Notes under the pieces: generated by a model
The model's input: only the letters and a program-made list of their open reading frames with translations
Told to the model about the DNA's origin: nothing
Databases searched by the model: none
Position numbers and translations under genes: made by a program
Shown: positions 1 to 8,336 of the stretch, piece by piece
How the letters are laid out: every line of letters begins with the position of its first letter
Numbering within the stretch: position 1 is the stretch's first letter
Source: a virus
Direction: 5' to 3' (one strand)
IMG/VR virus record: IMGVR_UViG_3300040801_005040
Span: 1 to 64,000 of that record
DNA: 64,000 nucleotides

Positions 1-1752
1 AATACCTGTTTGCATAATGGCAAACAAGTTCAAACGCTGATAGAAATCAGCACTTTTTTTAAGTCCCAGAAAAGCATTTAACGCTTCTCTTTCATTGGGA
101 GATTTAAATACACGATATGCTTCATCAATAATTTCTTTATCTTCTGCAGAATCCCTTTTTGAAATAGGTTTAAGCGCATCTAATCCTCCTTCCTGTTCAT
201 TTATTACAGGTAAAAGAGCATTTAATAGAGGCATTCCATCAAATTCTATAGGAGTAAATAATTCAATTATTTGATTTTCAAGATCAAGTGTATTATTTAA
301 TGGCGCAGTTGCCCATTCTTTTATTAAAGAAAGTGCATCAGAGGGTATATACTTACTTATTGTTTTATCAATTGCTTCTCTTGGAACATAATTTTTTGAT
401 ACATATGTACCTTTATCTGGTTGATATGTATCAAACAAATCAATTCTTCCACCTCTATTAAATACTATTAATATTTGCCCTTGTTTTGAATCAATTTCTA
501 TTTCAAATGATTTTCCTTGCTGTTTAAAATTTGCATCAATTACATTAGGGATGCCTTTTTGCTTTTTTTCAAAAAACTGTTTTAATTTTCGTATTAGTTT
601 AGGTACTGAGTTAGGACCTTTGAAAAGACTATTGACGTAAGTTTGATGGTCAATAGGGCCTTCTTCGTTTAACAGGAACATTATAAAGTCTGCTTCTGTT
701 TTACGAATCATCCTTTCTTGATAGTCAGGATTAAAGCTTAGCTCAGAAAGTGTTTCCTTAAGGGCATCAAGCTCTTCTTTGTAACCAGGAAGTTGAGATA
801 AAAGAAATTCAGATATTCCTGTTGTCCCATTAATTGTATTTTCTCCTTTAAAATCATTTTTAGCGTTCCAGAAAGTTCCAACAAAGCCATCAAACATCCT
901 ATCATAGTTGATGAACATTCCGCTTTTTTCCACTTCTTTACGCAACGCAAGTTGGTTTTCCATCATAGAAAAAGTCTTAAATCCTTGAGTATCAGGAGAT
1001 GTAGACTTAATCATTTTACCAAATATCTGAGCTTCACGTTGGAGCTCCAGAAAAATGTCAAGGGCTTTAAATTGAACTTCTTTATTAGCTCCATTTGTCC
1101 TTATTCCTTCTTCAAGCTCATCTATGGTAAAATCATCGTAGATTTTTTGTTTTCTGTCATCTTCAGTTTTTACCTTATCTTCAATGTCTTTTTCAACAAA
1201 GAAAATCATGTCATCAATTTTCTTGCTATTAAGACCTCTTGGACTAAGAACCTTTGCCACTATTTGAGCTTTTGAGCTCCTTATATCATTTGATACTGAA
1301 TTTGACTGGGAGAATTCATTTATATACTCCTTTATGATAGGTTGATTTACAAAATAGAATATGGTCTTAAAGGGTACTCCCTGACGAACTAGCATTAAAA
1401 TTGTATTAGCTACCTCATTAACTCCGTTAATATCAAGGATATAAGGGTCTTTAGCAACATCTACATAAGCTGTCATAAGCTCTCCAAGCAGTTTACTAAT
1501 GAATACATTTTCTTCATTAGTAATCCTTCCTAAATCATATAGAAATTCAGGTTTAGCAGGGCTCTTTTTTTCTTCTTGTTGTTTTTTAGGAATAACTATA
1601 AGGCTTTGGGTTGAAGGAATACCAAGCTCTTGCTGAATGGCCTGATATTCTTCATTGATAGCTTCAGCTACAGCTTCATTTTCAGAGAATCCTTCGTCCA
1701 GATATTTCTGTGCCCTTTTTTTAAGTTCTCCTTTAAGACAATCTACTGACAT
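1..1752 (-). CDS. C-terminal half of the split crAss-type virion RNA polymerase (partial, at least 584 aa, runs off the window; absent from the ORF track)
   Basis: ATG at 1752 overlaps the stop of ORF 1743..2024. I read the frame codon by codon to position 1 with no stop. It translates MSVDCLKGELKKRAQKYLDEG...YDLGRITNEENVFISKLLGELMTAYVDVAKDPYILDING...LMLVRQGVP...FVNQPIIKEY...QFKALDIFLEL...SPDTQG, motifs that follow the DFDID region in crAss vRNAPs. Confidence 0.85.
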   Translation of the reverse strand, partial: MSVDCLKGELKKRAQKYLDEGFSENEAVAEAINEEYQAIQQELGIPSTQSLIVIPKKQQEEKKSPAKPEFLYDLGRITNEENVFISKLLGELMTAYVDVAKDPYILDINGVNEVANTILMLVRQGVPFKTIFYFVNQPIIKEYINEFSQSNSVSNDIRSSKAQIVAKVLSPRGLNSKKIDDMIFFVEKDIEDKVKTEDDRKQKIYDDFTIDELEEGIRTNGANKEVQFKALDIFLELQREAQIFGKMIKSTSPDTQGFKTFSMMENQLALRKEVEKSGMFINYDRMFDGFVGTFWNAKNDFKGENTINGTTGISEFLLSQLPGYKEELDALKETLSELSFNPDYQERMIRKTEADFIMFLLNEEGPIDHQTYVNSLFKGPNSVPKLIRKLKQFFEKKQKGIPNVIDANFKQQGKSFEIEIDSKQGQILIVFNRGGRIDLFDTYQPDKGTYVSKNYVPREAIDKTISKYIPSDALSLIKEWATAPLNNTLDLENQIIELFTPIEFDGMPLLNALLPVINEQEGGLDALKPISKRDSAEDKEIIDEAYRVFKSPNEREALNAFLGLKKSADFYQRLNLFAIMQTGI

Positions 1753-2024
1753 TTCAAGAATGATTTTATAATTATGAGGATTTCTTCATCCTCCATTTTT
1801 ATTTGTTTGTATATGAGCTCTCTTTTATCCTGCTCTTCACGTATTAATTGACCTATGCTCTTTGCTCCTCCCCCAGAGTAATTAACCCCTCTTTTAGGCT
1901 CCTCTGGTATAACAGGAGGTATTATTACAGTACAATTGTTTAAATAACCATTTGTAGCTATGGGAAGTGTTTTTCCACATCCGCTTAAATATCCATCTGA
2001 CGCTATACCTAAAGTATATCCCAT
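1743..2024 (-). CDS. hypothetical protein (insertion cassette), 93 aa
   Basis: Coupled to both neighbours by overlaps; repeated IA(S/T)xGYL motif, Pro-rich linker, acidic/hydrophobic C-terminus. Confidence 0.7.
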   Translation of the reverse strand: MGYTLGIASDGYLSGCGKTLPIATNGYLNNCTVIIPPVIPEEPKRGVNYSGGGAKSIGQLIREEQDKRELIYKQIKMEDEEILIIIKSFLKCQ

Positions 2025-3412
2025 TACTGTCTGGTTACTATAGATGTAGTTTCACCATCTCCTGATATTGCGAGATCAACAGTACCTGCAACTCTTTGAG
2101 TCTCTGTTATTGTCAAAGGATTAGAACTATCAAGACCTTGTATTTGCCATAGTTCCATTAATTTGGCAATTATTTCATTAAGCGCTGTTCCTGTACTACT
2201 AGGAGTAACGTTATTAGCTGTAAGCTGATTCCATACAGCTTCAGCAATAGCAGTGTTATCTACAACTGCTGTAGCATCAACATTACCATTAAAAATAGTT
2301 AGATTCCTTATACTTAACCCACCATTAATTACACTATCCCCATTAGCTATTAAATTTCCATTTTCATCTGTAAGTCTTCCATTGCCTCTTACTACTAATT
2401 CTCCGGCAGTACAGGTATTTGAATCAATAGATACATCAGCTCCCATCAAATCAAGTGTCATTGAACCACTTGCATTATTAAAATTAGTAACTGCCAATCC
2501 TCCTGCATAACGTCTGAAATTAATACCTGCTGCAGTACTATTACAATTAAGTATAGGTCTAGATGTACCTGCTATACCAGATGAACAGTCAGTGAATATA
2601 ATTGGCATTGTTGCTGAAGCATCTAAAGTAATATTTCCTTTTATTATACAACTTTGAAATATTCCTTGTACTCCTGTAAAAGGTGATGCCTCACCTAAAA
2701 AACATTGATAAAATGCACCGTATCCTGAAATACTACCTCCTATGGAAATTCTTTCAAACCCTGAATCATCAACAAGTAAGTTACTTGCAGTAATGACACC
2801 ATCAGCAGGAGTTTGAGCCGTTATATAATATCTATCTATTCCTACGTTACCTGTTGCAACAAAGGATCCTCCAACATGAAATTTATGTAATCCTTCTCTT
2901 ATGGCAATAGTTATTGCATCAGTTACGTTATTTACTGCATTGGGAGGAGTACCTCTCGGAAACTGAGTTCCTGCTTCACCATCTATGGAATCTACCCAAA
3001 CCATAGCTCCAGTAAAAGATTGGGAGTTAATTGAATCAGAGAAAGTAAGACCTGCTGAGTTGTTAGGTCGAATAGATACTTGGTTTACAACTACTTTATC
3101 TTGTACGTTAGTATTAGCTCCATTGAGTTGTACTGCATATTGTCCATCTTCAAATTCTACAATATAAGGTGATAGAATTACTACCACAGGTGCAAGCTGT
3201 ACTCCTCCTACAGATATTGGAGCAGTATATTGAAATGCTGTAGGTGCCCATGCTCCTTCTGGATCATCTTGTAAATCAGCTAAATCTTGAGCGAAAGTAG
3301 TAAGAGATATTTGTCTGATTTCAAGTCCTGTTTGTGGATCAATAGAAACAAATTGAGTATAAGTCTTTGGGACAAATATAATATTTGTATTATAGTCTAT
3401 TGATATTGCCAT
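2024..3412 (-). CDS. putative virion structural protein with beta-helix-like core (insertion cassette)
   Basis: 462 aa, G/S/T/N-rich, MA- start, TAATG coupling; IAEAVWN motif common in phage tail proteins. Confidence 0.6.
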   Translation of the reverse strand: MAISIDYNTNIIFVPKTYTQFVSIDPQTGLEIRQISLTTFAQDLADLQDDPEGAWAPTAFQYTAPISVGGVQLAPVVVILSPYIVEFEDGQYAVQLNGANTNVQDKVVVNQVSIRPNNSAGLTFSDSINSQSFTGAMVWVDSIDGEAGTQFPRGTPPNAVNNVTDAITIAIREGLHKFHVGGSFVATGNVGIDRYYITAQTPADGVITASNLLVDDSGFERISIGGSISGYGAFYQCFLGEASPFTGVQGIFQSCIIKGNITLDASATMPIIFTDCSSGIAGTSRPILNCNSTAAGINFRRYAGGLAVTNFNNASGSMTLDLMGADVSIDSNTCTAGELVVRGNGRLTDENGNLIANGDSVINGGLSIRNLTIFNGNVDATAVVDNTAIAEAVWNQLTANNVTPSSTGTALNEIIAKLMELWQIQGLDSSNPLTITETQRVAGTVDLAISGDGETTSIVTRQ

Positions 3413-5289
3413 TATTCATCACTTAACATTACTACTGTAATGGTTGTACCTGTATCCTTATTCAAAGTTCCTACAATACCTCCTGGTTTAAGATAAGGTG
3501 AACCTGATGATTTCCTTACAGTACCTGTTACTGGTTGGTTTGCTGTAAAAGTTGCTGTATAACTTGCCTCTCCATTACCATCTGTAGTAGTACTTATAAA
3601 CACAAAGCTACTTACCGGGTTCCCTGTTGCAGGGGTTACTGGAGTACCAGAAACAGTGTAATCATATGTGTTAGTAGTAACATTCGATATGGTTCTGATA
3701 CCATTATATTCATTTTCATTAGCTCCTCGTATCACTACTTTATCTCCATTGGCAAGACCATGGGCATTATGTGTTACTGTAGCAATAGAACCACTGCGAG
3801 TAATACTTACCGAAGCCTGATAAGGTTTTGTAGCACCTGCTGCTGTCTCACATAGCACTCTGGCTGATGATACGTTAGTACCTGATACATCCACCACTTT
3901 TATAGTCAATGTTACAGCTCCTGCAATTACATCTACGTTACCAGTAAAACCAGTTCCTTTTCTTACAGAAGGTACTGTTGCTCCAGAAACTACATTGATT
4001 GTAAATGTAGCACTACTGGTAAAGTTAAGATAAATTGCTTCATTTCCAGTAGAGGTGGTAGTTACATTGCTTCCTGAAGTTCCTGCTACGTATCCTGAGA
4101 GACTATTATCCCAGCTTATTGTGCCAGTACCTACAGAGTTAATTTCTACGGCATGATTAGAACCATCTGAAGTAAATTCATTACCCGTAATATTAGCTAT
4201 ACCAGCGGCTCCTGTAAGTACTGAAGCACTGGAAGTTGAATTCGCTATTGCACAACCTGTAAGTGTAGCTGATCCTGCAGTTATTAATCCACAACCGTTA
4301 AAATTACAACCTATAAGGGTACCATTTGATTGATAAATAGATGTTCCAAAATTATTGAAAGTACATCCATTTAAATTTACAGTAGCATTATCTATCATTT
4401 CAAAATACCCTACACCGTTAGCTGTAGTAGCTGTTGAATTGAATGTAACGTTATTCCAGGTTACTGAAGAACTGGCATTATTTATTTCAATTTTGTTAAA
4501 CGAAGGATAAGTATGAGGACAATCCTCTATAGTTACTGTTACGTTAGAATCTGTAAATGTAACACTGGTTCCTGTAAGACCAAATGACAATAATCCTTTC
4601 CATGAATATCCACCACCTGCTGCAGCAAATAACCCTAGTACATGTCTTCCACTATCAATGGATGTTGATGATGTTCCGGGAGGGGTTCCACCAGCATTAT
4701 AGTCATTGTATTGGGCCATTTCATCGAAAGAGCCACCAGTACCTGTAATACTTAATTCTCCCCTACCATATCGTATTGCATCTACAGCTGCAGGATCACC
4801 TTTGGTTACTTCGTTAAGTGTATTTGGTACACCACCAAAATATCTATATGAACCTCCATTACCCCCTCCAATGGTTCCACTTTCCGTAGCAGTAGGATCA
4901 ATTGCAAAATTTCTCCACCCTCCTAATTTATGGTTACTGTAGTCAGAACCCCCAACCCTAAACCAATCCCAGGCAGAAGTAGATGAGCCTATGCCAATTC
5001 TCCAACCGCTATTGGCGTATGTATTTAAGTTAGTTCCAGAAAAATAAAACAGCCACATAAAAACAACTTCACCCGCAGCAAAGGTTACGTTTGAACCATT
5101 ATCAAATACACAAGAGATTTCTAAGCCAACAGCTTTACCAGTAGTCTGTGAACGGCAGTCAGTACCTTGAATAAAGTTTTCGCCAGAAGCAGCAGGACTA
5201 CCACCTCCGTTATAAGGCGAGGCAAATTCAGTCCAGGTGCCAGATTCAGCAGTAGTTAAAGTTGTTAAATCTGTACTATACGTGGCCAT
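3412..5289 (-). CDS. putative tail fibre/spike-like protein with right-handed beta-helix and FCCH-like beta module (insertion cassette)
   Basis: 625 aa; LNGCTFNNFG/LIGCNFNGCG/LTGCAI beta-helix rungs; ATVTHNAHGLANGDKVVIRGA...YNG..TISNVTTNTY module seen in phage tail proteins. Confidence 0.6.
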   Translation of the reverse strand: MATYSTDLTTLTTAESGTWTEFASPYNGGGSPAASGENFIQGTDCRSQTTGKAVGLEISCVFDNGSNVTFAAGEVVFMWLFYFSGTNLNTYANSGWRIGIGSSTSAWDWFRVGGSDYSNHKLGGWRNFAIDPTATESGTIGGGNGGSYRYFGGVPNTLNEVTKGDPAAVDAIRYGRGELSITGTGGSFDEMAQYNDYNAGGTPPGTSSTSIDSGRHVLGLFAAAGGGYSWKGLLSFGLTGTSVTFTDSNVTVTIEDCPHTYPSFNKIEINNASSSVTWNNVTFNSTATTANGVGYFEMIDNATVNLNGCTFNNFGTSIYQSNGTLIGCNFNGCGLITAGSATLTGCAIANSTSSASVLTGAAGIANITGNEFTSDGSNHAVEINSVGTGTISWDNSLSGYVAGTSGSNVTTTSTGNEAIYLNFTSSATFTINVVSGATVPSVRKGTGFTGNVDVIAGAVTLTIKVVDVSGTNVSSARVLCETAAGATKPYQASVSITRSGSIATVTHNAHGLANGDKVVIRGANENEYNGIRTISNVTTNTYDYTVSGTPVTPATGNPVSSFVFISTTTDGNGEASYTATFTANQPVTGTVRKSSGSPYLKPGGIVGTLNKDTGTTITVVMLSDE

Positions 5290-5713
5290 ATTCTCTTAAT
5301 GAGTTAATATATTCCATCCATATGTCCCTTTTATTATGACCTTTGGCAACTTCTATGTGAGGTTGTCCAAATAGTTTTATCATTACTACTGAGTAGCCTT
5401 GCTTTTTAAAAGCTTCAATTTGATCTCTTGCTATATTTGAGACAGATTTATTTGGAACAACAGTTCCTACAAATATTCTATCAGTCTTTTTAAAGAACAT
5501 GACATCACACTTATCAGGACGCAGTGAAATATTACTAGTTCCGCTTTCAATGTAAGCACATTCAAAATCTTTACATTCCTGTGGGTGATTACCATAAATA
5601 CTACAGCTATTACTAATGCAATATTTACATGCCTCTCCAGCTTTTTTATTAAGCTCTTTGACGACACTTAAAGTACAGCATACAGTACATTCTCCACATT
5701 CTCCCTTTGCCAT
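5276..5713 (-). CDS. YkgJ-like CxxCxxCC cysteine-cluster protein
   Basis: CGECTVCC...CKYC...CSIY..HP..CKDFECAY...RPDKC pattern. Confidence 0.75.
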   Translation of the reverse strand: MAKGECGECTVCCTLSVVKELNKKAGEACKYCISNSCSIYGNHPQECKDFECAYIESGTSNISLRPDKCDVMFFKKTDRIFVGTVVPNKSVSNIARDQIEAFKKQGYSVVMIKLFGQPHIEVAKGHNKRDIWMEYINSLREYGHV

Positions 5714-5725
5714 AATTTAATTAAT

Positions 5726-5749
5726 AAAAAGGGGAGGAATCCTCCCCTT
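5726..5749 (-). terminator. Rho-independent terminator inside the insertion cassette
   Basis: Minus strand AAGGGGAGG-ATT-CCTCCCCTT followed by a T run, immediately after the stop at 5753. Confidence 0.85.
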
Positions 5750-5752
5750 ATA

Positions 5753-7636
5753 TTAAAAGTCATCAATCCTACCTACAGTAGATGAACCTCCACCAGAACC
5801 AACAAGGGCTGTAGTTTCAAAGGTCTTAATTTCTACCCCAGGGTTTGCATTACGTACCCTTAAGAAGAGTGTTCTATCTGTATTGTATACATATGTAACA
5901 GTTTCTGGGTTTCCAGTTGCAACTCTATCTATATAAGTCACAAAAAGGTTATTCCCAGCAGTAGCTGCGTTAACGCCTGAAAAATCAGTAGAAGGAATAG
6001 TAAATGTGCTTCCTGTAAAGGATGTGTAAGGTACTCTTTTATAAGAACCTGAATCCAGCTGTATTCTCAGAGTTCCTGATGGGGAAGGAATATCTGTAGC
6101 AATGGGTGTAGTTACAACAATAGAGGTAATACCTGCACTATTGTAAGTGGCATTGGTTGAATACTGACTAAAGTTAAAATCTCCGCCATTATTGATAGCT
6201 GCAATAACATAATCTCCAGAAACAGTGTTGTTTACTGTGTAAGTTACGTTATTCGGAGGAGTTCTTGTAGTACCAGTAAGGTCAATAGGCCTATCGTTTT
6301 GTCCAAGATCTGCAGACTCAATACCAGAACCAAATGCTCCAAGGATAGCAGCACCAGTAGATGATCCAATAAATGGAAGCTGAATGGTTTGAGAAGTTAC
6401 AGTTATATTAACCAGACAGGTTGCACCAGATGTGATACCTTCAATACTTTGGTTATTAGCTGGAGCTACACCTGCGAGAAGTTGAATCCAACATTCAGTA
6501 CCAGCAGTGGTAGAATCAATAGCTAAGAGCTGACCCCATCCAGTAATGGTTTCTGCAGTACCAGTTCCAGTACCTATACCAGTAGCAGTAAAGATTGTAC
6601 CAGGGCTAGAGTCAGCTGCTCCAATGGTTGTAAAATCTGTGGTTCCTGTTGTTCTGATAACATATGTGTTACCTATTACAAATGAACCCGCAGTAATATC
6701 TACAGCAGTACCCCAAGTAACCCTTTCTGGTTCAATAAATGTTCCTGTAGGGCTATCAATTTCTACAGAGTGGGTAATACCACGGAAGATATCTCCTGGC
6801 AATCCATAAATATTCTGGTCAACATCTCTGGTATCATTACCCCCACCAATATCACCTACACGGGTTTGAATCCATTTGGCTCTTTCATAGAAGTCATTCT
6901 TGCTTTGAGAACCAATGTTCCACTCAGAGTAAAAAGGATAGTTTGTACCGCCAATATTAATCAGGTTGTATCCTTCTGTAACGTTGGTAATGCTATCCCA
7001 ACTAGCAATAGTGGCTCCTGCTGTCTGGTTGTTGTTATCAGGGTTGGCAGTAAGTGCCAATACGTTGTTACCACGGTTAGTACCACCTCCAATGAAGAAT
7101 TCAGTGTAAGTAGTTCCAAGCTCACGCTGTGTACCAAGCAGACGTCTACCATCAATATCTACTCCATTATCCCTTACTTTAATAAGGAAACGGTGAGTTG
7201 TAGAAGAAGCTGCATCAGAAGTAGCTGCTTTGTGATTAGGATAGTTCCAGAAGTCATCATCAATACGTGCTCCATTCTGGATAACTTGAATTATAGATGA
7301 ATTACCAAACACCTGAATACCATCATAAATAGTAGCCCCATTTGCTTGTGTAATAGATCCATCATAGATGTGTTGCGAAGACGCATCATCAATGTTACAT
7401 CCATTCAACAGCGAGATGTTGGTATCCGCACCACCCCTGTCTGAAGGGGTTTTATCAATGATGGACAGTTCATCATCTCCAGTGTCTTGTTCATCATCAG
7501 CAAGGGCCTGGAGTCCCCTGTGAACTTCAATTGTCGTTGCATAGGTAGCTGCCCCAGTGTGGTCTGCACCAATATAACGAAGATCTAAAGCTCCTCCATT
7601 TCTGGTAATGCTCCAATCTGCTAATACAAATGCCAT
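5753..7636 (-). CDS. putative virion structural/tail protein (insertion cassette)
   Basis: 627 aa, G/T-rich; contains the AGSFVIGNTYVI..GTTDFT.IGA....PGT.FTATG.GTGTGTA module recurrent in phage fibre/baseplate proteins; followed by a strong terminator. Confidence 0.6.
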   Translation of the reverse strand: MAFVLADWSITRNGGALDLRYIGADHTGAATYATTIEVHRGLQALADDEQDTGDDELSIIDKTPSDRGGADTNISLLNGCNIDDASSQHIYDGSITQANGATIYDGIQVFGNSSIIQVIQNGARIDDDFWNYPNHKAATSDAASSTTHRFLIKVRDNGVDIDGRRLLGTQRELGTTYTEFFIGGGTNRGNNVLALTANPDNNNQTAGATIASWDSITNVTEGYNLINIGGTNYPFYSEWNIGSQSKNDFYERAKWIQTRVGDIGGGNDTRDVDQNIYGLPGDIFRGITHSVEIDSPTGTFIEPERVTWGTAVDITAGSFVIGNTYVIRTTGTTDFTTIGAADSSPGTIFTATGIGTGTGTAETITGWGQLLAIDSTTAGTECWIQLLAGVAPANNQSIEGITSGATCLVNITVTSQTIQLPFIGSSTGAAILGAFGSGIESADLGQNDRPIDLTGTTRTPPNNVTYTVNNTVSGDYVIAAINNGGDFNFSQYSTNATYNSAGITSIVVTTPIATDIPSPSGTLRIQLDSGSYKRVPYTSFTGSTFTIPSTDFSGVNAATAGNNLFVTYIDRVATGNPETVTYVYNTDRTLFLRVRNANPGVEIKTFETTALVGSGGGSSTVGRIDDF

Positions 7637-7639
7637 AGT

Positions 7640-7975
7640 TTATAGTATTTTAAATTTTCTTCCCGAATCTTTGACTACATAAATTACCTTCAATTTATCT
7701 TTGTCTTCGTTTTCTGAGAATTGTTTGATTAATAAATTTTCTTCTGATACGTTAACTGTAATATACTCTTTTCTGTTTTCTGCTTTGAATAAAAAGGTTG
7801 AATTGATATGATCATATATACCTTGATATTCAAAATCATTTTGCTCTAACTCTTCTATTACCGCTGAAAATCCACTAAATAATTTAAAGGGCAATTTAAT
7901 TAGAGTGAGATCATCCCCTAAAGAATGAGCTTTAGTTTCAGTGTTAGATTGAGGTTCTTTCTTTTTTCTTGCCAT
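7640..7975 (-). CDS. hypothetical protein (insertion cassette)
   Basis: 111 aa, tightly packed between neighbours. Confidence 0.65.
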   Translation of the reverse strand: MARKKKEPQSNTETKAHSLGDDLTLIKLPFKLFSGFSAVIEELEQNDFEYQGIYDHINSTFLFKAENRKEYITVNVSEENLLIKQFSENEDKDKLKVIYVVKDSGRKFKIL

Positions 7976-7976
7976 C

Positions 7977-8336
7977 TTAAATTGCTTTCGCTTTTACCGT
8001 TTTTATTAACTCGTTATTATCCCTTATTATATCAAATGTCCATTCCTTAGGATCTTCTTCTTTCTGGTATTCATTTACTGTTGCTATCAAAGCTTCAATC
8101 TTCCTTACAATAGCATCTCCCATCGCTTCTACTGCTCTTGGAATAGAATCATCCTTTTCCTTTACAGACAAAGTCTGTAGAATAGTTATCATCGTTTCAA
8201 ACTCAGACTTGTTGTCAGGAATCTCACTTGGTATTGATTTAAGAATTTCATCAAGCTTTAATATAACAGCTTTATGATTCTTTTCTTCCATCAAAGCCTG
8301 GAACTCCATAAGACTGGCTAGCTTTTCCATATACAC
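7977..8336 (-). CDS. hypothetical helical protein (first gene of the insertion cassette)
   Basis: 119 aa, overlaps the RNAP-N stop; C-terminal WTFDIIRDNNELIKTVKA beta-hairpin. Confidence 0.7.
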   Translation of the reverse strand: MYMEKLASLMEFQALMEEKNHKAVILKLDEILKSIPSEIPDNKSEFETMITILQTLSVKEKDDSIPRAVEAMGDAIVRKIEALIATVNEYQKEEDPKEWTFDIIRDNNELIKTVKAKAI

